This document shows positions 54,693 to 63,300 of a DNA stretch of 64,000 nucleotides, piece by piece. The DNA is from Tetramitus jugosus. Its lineage: Eukaryota > Protista > Heterolobosea. The notes under the pieces are model-generated. The model worked only from the letters and a program-made list of their open reading frames with translations. It did no database searches and was not told the origin of the DNA. The stretch lies in assembly GCA_937625935.1 (NCBI GenBank), contig OW569385.1, positions 365,639-429,638 on the forward strand, written 5' to 3'. Every line of letters starts with the position of its first letter. The stretch's first letter is position 1. The position numbers were made by a program, and so were the translations under genes.

Positions 54693-55324
54693 TGTAGTTC
54701 ACGTTAAATTCATGTACGGTTCCACAAATCAACAAATTTTCTAAAATTCAACAAACAACAATAATTCTATAAATCCATGGCTACCCTCTTCAAGTACTTA
54801 TTCTATCCGGTTCCTATCCCCTTCTCTGTGTTTGGATTTTCAAGCCAGTCATTGAGATGCTAATAACGGGCTCTGTCTGCAATGGCAATTTTAACTGTAC
54901 CCAACACTGTTCATATAAAACATTTCGATGAGAGCTTATTGTCAATTCTACCAAATAATGAACAGATCAAGATTGAAATCTTATCTATACTCTCATTAGT
55001 TGTGAAAGGAAGAGAGAGTATTGCATATTGAACCTACAATGTGCATACAACGACCTCAGACACTTAATTTTATACCGTTACATAGTAGAATACGTTTATG
55101 TATTGAGTTTAAAGGCTTTTGGGAGTTGTATGATATTAATCAGTCATGTGATATCTCCATAGAAATGCAAACATTAGAAGAGTTCAATGGAGTAGTATGT
55201 GATTAGTCCAATGTATTTACTTTGATTTGTGCAATAGTGCTTGATCATACTCTCTTGATCAAATAAAAAAAATAGCTTGGACAAATTTAGAAAACAGTAA
55301 ACTATTTACAATGTGATGTTTAAT

Positions 55325-56335
55325 CTAAACGTATCTACAAACTAATTCAACATAATTCTGACCTGCTAAGTTATGTCTGTTGAATCTCCATTGTCCCAAA
55401 TTGTTATCCCAAACAACATAGTCCCCCAATTCAGCACCGTTATATCGCTTTAGGGCCACAGCATCTTTAATATTGTGTGCTCCAGTGTCACTAAAGAGAC
55501 AGTTGCCTACTCTCTCATCAGGAACAGGAACTGTTTTACCCATTTGGTCTTTTGCTTCTTTTCTTCGACGTGCCATGACATTTTCAGCTTCTTTTAATTT
55601 TCCCATTATTCTCCTTATTCCTTCATCAACATTCTTTTTCCAATTCCACTTCTGCACAGCTGTTGGTGGTGGATTTGTGAGTTGGAAAATACCATAACCA
55701 CCATCGTCTGACCTATCTGGCATACCTGTTTTATCAAACTGTCGATATTCATTTTCCTGCATTGCAATTGCCTGTGCAAACCAGATCGTCTCACCAATGT
55801 AGGAGCGTACTGTTTTGGGTGATGGTTGACTTCCACGAACTTCGAATCGTTTCACCATTATTTCTTCTAACGTTTTTATAGTTAAAGTGGCATCTCCACC
55901 AATTATGTTATCATCCCTAACAATAGGTATCCAATGCTTTCCAAGTGGAATAGTATCCTTACCAAGCACATAAGTAGCGCCCTCATATGTCACACTCAAC
56001 TCCCACGAAGCAGCATCAGCAGATGAAGACAAGTTACATAGTTGTAACTCTAGTTGAGGGAAAGTACCTTGTTCGCTTATATACACAATTTCAGGGAAGT
56101 TCTCTAGACGTAGTCCATCGACATGGACCACTAAGTCTTTGTCACAGACACGACAAATTTGACAACAACTATATAAGCTTGAGGCACAACACCATAATCC
56201 ATTCTCACAATCTTCAAATGGACTACAAGCAAATGATTTTTTGCCACAATTAACGCATTCAGCCTTACACTCTTTCTGATAAGTAGCGATGATAGTAATT
56301 GTAGACAATAAGAATAACGTTAGTAGTAGCTTCAT
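55325..56335 (-). CDS. secreted lysozyme/lytic-transglycosylase-like protein with a Cys-rich N-terminal module
   Basis: Signal peptide, Cys-rich module, then AIAMQE, GYGIFQL, WNWKKNVDEG and RYNG SLT-like motifs. Intronless. Confidence 0.75.
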   Translation of the reverse strand: MKLLLTLFLLSTITIIATYQKECKAECVNCGKKSFACSPFEDCENGLWCCASSLYSCCQICRVCDKDLVVHVDGLRLENFPEIVYISEQGTFPQLELQLCNLSSSADAASWELSVTYEGATYVLGKDTIPLGKHWIPIVRDDNIIGGDATLTIKTLEEIMVKRFEVRGSQPSPKTVRSYIGETIWFAQAIAMQENEYRQFDKTGMPDRSDDGGYGIFQLTNPPPTAVQKWNWKKNVDEGIRRIMGKLKEAENVMARRRKEAKDQMGKTVPVPDERVGNCLFSDTGAHNIKDAVALKRYNGAELGDYVVWDNNLGQWRFNRHNLAGQNYVELVCRYV

Positions 56336-56877
56336 GTCGTTTGATTGTTAAGATCTTGATGATGTAGATCAATGCTTAAAATATACCGCATAGAATTATT
56401 CCTGAATGTCTACCCGATTTGGGGAGCCGGTCAATTGTAAAAATGCATCACCACAAAATGAATTCATTGAAGATTGTTCACTATGACATCGATGATTCAG
56501 CAATCATCAAAGAGGCTGTATTCCAGCTACCTCTCAAGGAAGATGATATAATGAAAGTTTTCGATGTGAAGAGCTTCTATTTGCAGACCTCTAACCCTGA
56601 CATTCTGGAAGTTACTAATTCTATTGTCATTAATCAGTACGTACTTGATCCATGTAACTGTAATAGCAGTCATGACATGTCATATCTCCTCCAGCAAAGT
56701 AGTGTTTTGCACAACCAGTACATGCCATATTCTCGCAGTCAGTGCATTCAGAACTACAGTCTTCACATACTCAGCAGAAGTTCTGGTCTCATTGACAGCA
56801 TATATGTGTTATATCTACATTCATAGGAGCAGGGCAAGTACATGTTTCACAGTGTTTCATTTTTATTTTTTTGTCCA

Positions 56878-57380
56878 AAAACCCAAAATCGTGGAATTGC
56901 AAGTTTTTGATAGTATAAGTGACAATAACCGTTACGCAACAGAAGAGTTCCTAGTAGCTCTCAAACTGTTGGCTGGTTGTAATATTGCATCTCCGGAAGG
57001 GGCCAAAAACTGATGTATCCATTATTTCTCAAAGTACAGGGAACTCACTGTCGGGAACGTTGATTGGCAATGACAACTCACTCTTATCGGTCTATAAATG
57101 GTGTTTCTATCTTCTACAATGACACGGTCTGTAACCATCAGCTCCATATCACAAGGAAAGTTACTGTGCGATGTAACTGATATCTCCAACAGGAGCAAAA
57201 AGCTGCTGCTGAATTCAAAACTGGTCGAAAACCCAAAATCACGGAATTGCAAGTTTCTGATAGTCTCCAGAGTTGATAACGGGAATTTCCAACGAATAGT
57301 CTACAACGAAATTCGACATTGGCGAGCCATAGTTCATCTACTTTCTCCTTCGCCAAAAACTGATGTATGCATTTTCTCAA
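56878..57380 (+). repeat. diverged direct repeat with a 350-bp period inside a decayed gene (56419-57454)
   Basis: ACCCAAAATC..GGAATTGCAAGTTT.TGATAGT at 56881 and 57231. GCCAAAAACTGATGTAT at 57002 and 57352. Confidence 0.75.
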
Positions 57381-57561
57381 ACAAAACAGACTATTGCTAT
57401 AGCGTCAGAACAAATGACTGGTCATTGTGTTTTTCATACAGACAGCTTCTTTAGACATAGTAGTCAACGGTGGTAGGAACATGTGAATTTGAGAATGCAA
57501 AGTGAAATAAATTGGCAAGCATTATCACAAACAACACACAACAACAAAAGAATACACATTC

Positions 57562-57816
57562 ATGGTTGAAGCAATAGTCGGGGGAGGAAAGTCTACGGTA
57601 TGTCATAAGCTGGCTAAAGCAGACAATGCCTTTTGTGAACAACAGAAGCTTCAAGAATGGAATAAGGTATTGAAGAAGTTCTACAAGGAGAGCTCCAAGG
57701 ATAACTCTTATGATCTCCAGATGGTTGTTCACAAGTCATACATGAAGCATTACAACAAGTATCCACTACCAAAACCTCATGCTTGGCAATATCCTCATAT
57801 CAAAGCATTGGTGTGA
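57562..57816 (+). pseudogene. truncated deoxynucleoside-kinase-like fragment
   Basis: MVEAIVGGGKST P-loop (compare IEGNIGxGKST), then EW..VLKKFY...LQ. The ORF ends before the ERS motif. Confidence 0.55.
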
Positions 57817-58083
57817 TAATAGTATCTTCCTGTTTTGAGTTCGCCTTGTACTTTGGCTTCCTTGTCGTCCACCCATCTACCTGTTAATACTGGCACTCCA
57901 AGTAACTGGGCCATATCAACTTGAACATTGGCAAAGGTAGAGGAATTTTATCAGGCTCAATCACGAGAGTTTTCGCGCAGATGATCGCGATTGTTGTGTT
58001 TGGTAGAATTTACAGTGCAACAAGTGTATTTTTGGAATTTCCGTATTAAGGAAACTTTGACTGGGTTGCGGACGCACATCTCA

Positions 58084-58377
58084 TCAACAAAAGCTGAACG
58101 AAGCAATGAGATGAATCGTGTTGAATGTAACTATTGTATTAGGGTAACCAATGTTGATGTAACAGAACATCAAGAAGATGAGATTGTATTCATCATTGCT
58201 GTATACGTCCACATACGCAACGTCATGTGCTGATAGTTGTACTTCATCATAAGCATCACGATTATGCCAACGCCAGAATACTCTTAATGTAAAGACTCCT
58301 TGAGTATCGAACGTATAAATGTTTGTTGTTTCCGACTCTCTGAGCTTGACTGGTTCCTCTATACCATACTTTGTCAA
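58084..58377 (-). CDS. hypothetical virus-like ORF or fragment
   Basis: 97 aa with a TTG start that overlaps the upstream stop by 4 nt. Confidence 0.3.
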   Translation of the reverse strand: MTKYGIEEPVKLRESETTNIYTFDTQGVFTLRVFWRWHNRDAYDEVQLSAHDVAYVDVYSNDEYNLIFLMFCYINIGYPNTIVTFNTIHLIASFSFC

Positions 58378-58952
58378 TTCAATAGTGATGTATTCTCTTG
58401 CTTGTCTGGTAGTACACTAGCTCCAGTATAACTCTTGTTTACTACTGTAATACCATCATGCTTAGAATAGATCTCTGTTGACTCTTCACATCTGGCAACT
58501 ATACCACTAGGACTGATCACTCTCATGTTTCCATCTAATAGTTGTATACCAATGTCATGAGGAGTCAAGTTAATGTACTGCATTGATCTTGGCTTATATA
58601 GTTCATGTCTCACGTCTTCATCCAATCCATACTCTACTAGACTTGACCATTCTTTAGCTAGAACAACATTTGCCCAACCTTGACAATCAAATCCAGTATC
58701 ATCACATGATGATTCAAAGTAGAAATAGAGACCAGACTGTAATTTACCTACTACATTCCATGATTCCTCGTCTTTGGTTCCATTGTGGAAAAAATATACT
58801 TCTGTAATAGTATCTGGATCGAAAGAGAAACTTACTGCATCAACAACCCATTTAACCTCCAGATCATCTGGTTCGTATTCAAACCCATAGAAATCAAAGT
58901 CATTCCTGAAGTTATCAATGATGTTTGGAGGTAGAGTGATAATGTCTTTCAT
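58374..58952 (-). CDS. virus/phage-like protein, apparently two fused domains
   Basis: W.VVGKL..G.YFYFESSCDDTGFDCQG block followed by INLTPHDI...PSGIVAR...DGITV..LP. I recall both from phage and giant-virus hypothetical proteins. Confidence 0.6.
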   Translation of the reverse strand: MKDIITLPPNIIDNFRNDFDFYGFEYEPDDLEVKWVVDAVSFSFDPDTITEVYFFHNGTKDEESWNVVGKLQSGLYFYFESSCDDTGFDCQGWANVVLAKEWSSLVEYGLDEDVRHELYKPRSMQYINLTPHDIGIQLLDGNMRVISPSGIVARCEESTEIYSKHDGITVVNKSYTGASVLPDKQENTSLLN

Positions 58953-58976
58953 TTGTTTTTTTGGGTTGTGTTTTAT

Positions 58977-59153
58977 TTAGACTTGCTCTTCTTTATCGTG
59001 TGATTCTTCTCTTGTACTAACAAGCTCTACTCTGATGATGAATGTTCTGGAAACTTCGCCTTGCACAAACTTTTCTACTTGAGCCATTGTCTGAAACTCA
59101 TAACAACCAAATTCACCCAAACCAGCATAAATCAGAGACACTTCGTATGGCAT
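58977..59153 (-). CDS. small 58-aa ORF (not in the supplied track), co-oriented with the virus-like cluster
   Basis: MPYEVSLIYAGLGEFGCYEFQTMAQVEKFVQGEVSRTFIIRVELVSTREESHDKEEQV*. A 24-nt A-rich spacer separates it from the next ATG. Confidence 0.45.
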   Translation of the reverse strand: MPYEVSLIYAGLGEFGCYEFQTMAQVEKFVQGEVSRTFIIRVELVSTREESHDKEEQV

Positions 59154-59218
59154 GTTCTTGTTTCGTTTTGTTTACTTATGATTACAGATCTTACATGCAC
59201 ACTTATCACAGGGTGGAG

Positions 59219-59280
59219 TTTGGGTTTGGGTTTGGGGACTCATTGCTTACATATACCAGATCAGGGGTTGGGTTTGGGTT
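59219..59280 (+). repeat. interstitial telomeric repeats in the same orientation as the terminal telomere
   Basis: (TTTGGG)3 at 59219-59236 and GGGGTTGGGTTTGGGTT at 59264-59280. Confidence 0.9.
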
Positions 59281-59680
59281 ATCACGTAAGCCATGGCCCT
59301 TTTGACTCTGGAGCAAACAACAACTCAATCTCTCGATGGAGATCCTTTGTCATTTGTCCTCTAGATCTATGTTTAAGCTTTCATTCCGTTCATTGTTCAT
59401 GATTTATGAATTCAGATCCCAACCATCGTTTGAACAGGGTGAATGTTCAACAAAACTAAAAAGAAAAACAAACAAAAAGATCATTGGGTATGTTTTTATT
59501 CAACAAAATGTTTTTGATAGTCACTCAATAACTTTCTTCCCTTGACTGCGAGCGAACGCTTCTCAAACCCTTGTCGAGACTGTGGCACAAGTGGATTGGT
59601 ATGTGAGTTTTTGTCTTCATTTCACACACGTTATTCACACACAGTTCGTATGAAAAATTATAGGCGAAACTCAAAAGAGT

Positions 59681-59770
59681 GAAACGTGAACGTGTGGCCA
59701 AAAAGTGGTCAGACATGAGAAACGTGAACGTGTGACCAAAAGGAGGTCAAACAAGAGAAACGTGAACGTT
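59681..59770 (+). repeat. 38-bp tandem repeat, about 2.3 copies
   Basis: GAAACGTGAACGT at 59681, 59719 and 59757. Each full unit contains TG(G/A)CC-N7-GGTCA. Confidence 0.9.
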
Positions 59771-59906
59771 TAGCAAAGAAAGTACTTTCACACACTAGTA
59801 AACAAAATCTTTCAACAAAAACAAACAACAACACAAGCAAATAAAAAATTGTATGTACATTTGTTGTTTCTTCAACCAACACGCTAACACAACATCCAAT
59901 AGAGTC

Positions 59907-60818
59907 ATGGAAAATTCAACTACTCTACCTTGTATCCTTTCTCCATCACTTGAGTCTGTACTTCCACACACCAACGGTACAATAAAAGCTTGCGTTATTA
60001 TCACAAGGGACGAGATAGGGCTCCACATCCATGATGATGTAGAAAATCCTGTGCTGGTACTCCAAGCAAAACTGGATCAAGAAAAACAGGACAACTCACA
60101 ACTTCAAAACAAGTTGAAGGAAGCAAAAGACACAATCCTAAAGAAGAATCAAGAAATTTCCTCACTTCAAGAACAATGCGAAAGACTCAGTGCTCAAGTG
60201 GGTCCAGATGATGCAACTAAAAAAACCCTAGCATGGTTACAGAAAGCCCTCTTCAAACTCGACACCAATGGAGTTGTGACCGAAACCAGTACCCAGGTTA
60301 AAAATTTGGCTTCATTACCGGACGAAGAGTTTGAATCTTTGACCAAGACCATTGATCATGTTGCGTGTATGCGCTACGCCATACGCAAGAAGCAAACAAG
60401 GAAAGAAGGACAAGAACTATTCAAGGCCATCAAGGCAAGAGATCCTGTGGGTTCCGAAATCAATTCCTTCTCAAGGGAGATTCGGATCGGAGAATTCTTA
60501 GTGAATCTCACCTATGCCTACAATAAGGAATGTTCAGCTATGGAGATGTCATCCATATTGAGAAACAACACCATTTTGGTCCAGGAGTTAGAAGATCTGG
60601 AAAGGCTCCCCTTTTGGATTATCTCCAAATATAAACCAGCCACCATGGATACCTACATTAAACAAGACCTTTGGACTATAGATGGAGTAGCAGCGATGAT
60701 GTGTGATATTTTACGCAGAATTCGAGTTACAGCAACCGAATCCCCAAAGAACAACAAGAGGACTGGACCTACTGGTTCATCGTCAAATGGGACAAGAAAA
60801 AAACAACGCAACAACTGA
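59907..60818 (+). CDS. element ORF1: coiled-coil protein with a basic NLS-like tail
   Basis: Heptad region LQAKLDQEKQDNSQLQNKLKEAK... and C-terminal RKKQR. An alternative start lies at 59853. Confidence 0.75.
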   Translation: MENSTTLPCILSPSLESVLPHTNGTIKACVIITRDEIGLHIHDDVENPVLVLQAKLDQEKQDNSQLQNKLKEAKDTILKKNQEISSLQEQCERLSAQVGPDDATKKTLAWLQKALFKLDTNGVVTETSTQVKNLASLPDEEFESLTKTIDHVACMRYAIRKKQTRKEGQELFKAIKARDPVGSEINSFSREIRIGEFLVNLTYAYNKECSAMEMSSILRNNTILVQELEDLERLPFWIISKYKPATMDTYIKQDLWTIDGVAAMMCDILRRIRVTATESPKNNKRTGPTGSSSNGTRKKQRNN

Positions 60819-60847
60819 GTGGTAATTTAACTTGCAAACAACCAACA

Positions 60848-63193
60848 ATGACAACCATAGAGGTTGAATACACTAGCTATCTGAATAAAATAGAAGCTTC
60901 ACCTGTTCATCCTCTGGTTGCAAGTGGATTCATATCTATTGATGAGTCAGTGGAGAGCCAATGTTTGGACGGAACAGCCATGGAGGATATTGATATTGAG
61001 TTGGCCACACTACTTGGAGGTAGAGCTAAGCAGTTAAAACAAAAAAGAATAACAGATGAAGTGATAGTCGAACCAATCAAGAGAATGGAGAAGCATAAGG
61101 AGGAACAGGACTTCTGCAGGCAAGTCACTGTAAACCTAGTAGAAACTCAATCATTGGACAGGCAGATGGAAGAGTTGATTAATATTATGCAACTCTCTCA
61201 AGCTCCTGGTACCAAGCTTGTTCAAGATTATGCTTGGAGGAGTTGGATGGGGTGGTTAGAACAACAAAAGCAAACTCATGAAGAGTTGAAGACGATTGAC
61301 CATTACAACCCCGGTAAGCATGTAGTTGGGCTCTATCTGCTACACATGAGGGTGCTCTATCAGTACAGTCATAGTACTGTGGTGAATTGTTTCTGGAATC
61401 AGCTGTGCGCTGTCCTCAAAGAGGAAAGAGGAATTGATTTGAAGAAGGAGATGGGAGAGTTTATCAAGAAGTTGTTCCGAGCCTTAATCAGGAAGTATGG
61501 AAACTCAAAGTTTAAGGTTTTCCCACTGTTGAATCACGATTTAGCAAGATGGCAACGAGCCCTATCCAAGAAGGACAATAGAGAGCCTCAAGTGAGATTG
61601 AGAGCAATTATCATGTTTGGCCGGCATGTTGGTTGGAGAGGGGATACTTTGTCCTATATGAAGCTGAAAGATATGACATTTACCTCTGTGAAGAGTGATG
61701 AATATACCTACTTGGTAGTTCAAAATGTTGGATACAAGAACAAGGGTATAGGTGGTCAGGAGCTTCGCAACACAGTGTATGGATCAAGTGATTTCAATGA
61801 GTGTCCCGTTTTTGCTCTATTATGGTATCTATTTCACATGAGAGGTGTGTTCGAGGCTGAATCACTCCAAGATATGATTGATCGGAACAAATTTACTTTG
61901 AAAACTGGTGCTCAAGAAGAATATCTATTCACACAGGCAACAACGGAGCAACCCATGACTTCTAAAGATATGTCGAACCTGATGAAAACAAGTTCTGCTG
62001 AGATACTCAAATGTCGATACACAATGAGATCACTAAGGAGTGGCCATATTTGCCAAGCATTGCTCACAAGCATTTTACGGTACGGTATTATAAAAGATAG
62101 CATAAGACAAGCAATTAAGAGACATGTCGGGTGGAGCAATGATGAATCAATTGATGCCTATGAGCGAATGTCAATTTTTTGCTCACAAAATGTTGCAAGC
62201 TTGCAAGATTTACAGCAACATACAGGGGCTCAAAATATTGTGAAAGCTTTCTGGCAGATGGATTCAGATCAACAATCAACACCCACCACACCAGTACGAA
62301 CAACGTTGAGGGAGATACGAAGATCCAGCTCCCACCCAAAAAAATCACCCTCCTCTGTTAAAAAGTTTGTTTCGTTTCGTCAAGTAAAGAAGAGAATTTT
62401 AGAACTGAGGCCAAACCTCAGCAAAGCATGTCGTGAAGAGGACGAGAAAACCGTAGGAAAAAATCACCAAACAACATGGTCTGTCTATCATCAGAAGTAT
62501 ATTAAGCAGTGGGCAGAGAATTCTAACGAATGCCAAGAAGTGCTGAATGGAAATCAAGAATATATCAAAGGCAGTACCGACCAGAGGTCATCTATTCTAC
62601 TGAATGTTGGGAAGAGTATGTTCGTTAAACTTGCTGTTGGTCCTAAACGAGATGAATACATTAACAAGGTGTTCTATGAAGACTATGCTTCAAAGAAAAA
62701 CCCAAATGAAAGTGGGAGCGCAGCGAAACGTTTTCTTCCTAGAGGGATGAAAAGAAAACTTGATTTAACGTGGGAAAAGGATGTTGAACAGCCCGAACTC
62801 AAATTTCATACTCCAAACAGGATTACAATACCAGAAACAACCAACGACAACCTAGATTCCTTTTCATTGTCTCAACTCGTTACTCAAGAGTTTGATGAAA
62901 TGGACACCGCAACAATGAATAGTATGATTGAGGATTATTGGAACAGAAATGAAGACAATCAACATGGTATTTCTTTTGCTTACTCATCAACCAACACAAG
63001 TCTGATGGATAATGATCCAAGTTTACTCTGTCCGAATGTGTTCAATCAAGAAACTGAAGGAATAGTGACGCAAGACACGAACAATCAGATAGAAGAAACC
63101 AAAACGAAAGACACAAACCAGCCAAGAGGAGATGAAGAAAATATAAAGAAAGAGAGGGAGTATTTGTTGTCCTTAGACTTTGAATCATTGTGA
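60848..63193 (+). CDS. tyrosine recombinase (phage-integrase fold; DIRS/Crypton-like)
   Basis: VGWR(264)GDTL, K297/K299, CPVFAL..Y, YLF, R394-S-L-R397-SG, VGW(429) and Y438. The W-to-Y spacing of 9 matches Cre W315/Y324. Confidence 0.85.
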   Translation: MTTIEVEYTSYLNKIEASPVHPLVASGFISIDESVESQCLDGTAMEDIDIELATLLGGRAKQLKQKRITDEVIVEPIKRMEKHKEEQDFCRQVTVNLVETQSLDRQMEELINIMQLSQAPGTKLVQDYAWRSWMGWLEQQKQTHEELKTIDHYNPGKHVVGLYLLHMRVLYQYSHSTVVNCFWNQLCAVLKEERGIDLKKEMGEFIKKLFRALIRKYGNSKFKVFPLLNHDLARWQRALSKKDNREPQVRLRAIIMFGRHVGWRGDTLSYMKLKDMTFTSVKSDEYTYLVVQNVGYKNKGIGGQELRNTVYGSSDFNECPVFALLWYLFHMRGVFEAESLQDMIDRNKFTLKTGAQEEYLFTQATTEQPMTSKDMSNLMKTSSAEILKCRYTMRSLRSGHICQALLTSILRYGIIKDSIRQAIKRHVGWSNDESIDAYERMSIFCSQNVASLQDLQQHTGAQNIVKAFWQMDSDQQSTPTTPVRTTLREIRRSSSHPKKSPSSVKKFVSFRQVKKRILELRPNLSKACREEDEKTVGKNHQTTWSVYHQKYIKQWAENSNECQEVLNGNQEYIKGSTDQRSSILLNVGKSMFVKLAVGPKRDEYINKVFYEDYASKKNPNESGSAAKRFLPRGMKRKLDLTWEKDVEQPELKFHTPNRITIPETTNDNLDSFSLSQLVTQEFDEMDTATMNSMIEDYWNRNEDNQHGISFAYSSTNTSLMDNDPSLLCPNVFNQETEGIVTQDTNNQIEETKTKDTNQPRGDEENIKKEREYLLSLDFESL

Positions 63194-63300
63194 GAAGGAC
63201 AACCAAACATTTTATGCATAAATATACATCACAATAAGATCATGAATCATTTTTCCGAAACAATTTTTGAACGAACACAAGTCACTCTTCAATTTTCCGA

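Larger units (their letters stand above)
59281..63300 (+). mobile_element. putative telomere-embedded tyrosine-recombinase element (ORF1 + YR)
   Basis: Two intact co-oriented ORFs 29 nt apart, with telomeric repeats on both sides and a structured 5' leader. Confidence 0.65.

Noticed and set aside
48404-57454. Stop-codon reassignment or readthrough to explain in-frame stops
   Set aside because: TAA (RPL21), TAG (NPL4) and TGA (UBE2T) all end core genes normally, and the stops co-occur with frameshifts.
59681-59770. Regularly spaced repeats as a CRISPR array
   Set aside because: The intervening sequences are near-identical rather than unique spacers, the context is eukaryotic, and no cas genes are present.
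60848-63193. Calling the YR a protelomerase, or part of a complete DIRS/TATE retroelement
   Set aside because: The chromosome end is a simple-repeat telomere rather than a hairpin palindrome. No RT (YxDD in context) or RNase H ORF was seen in the unit.
48298-63300. Starship-like giant element with the subtelomere as cargo
   Set aside because: The YR points away from the would-be cargo, relic telomere repeats separate the two, and no left boundary was identified.
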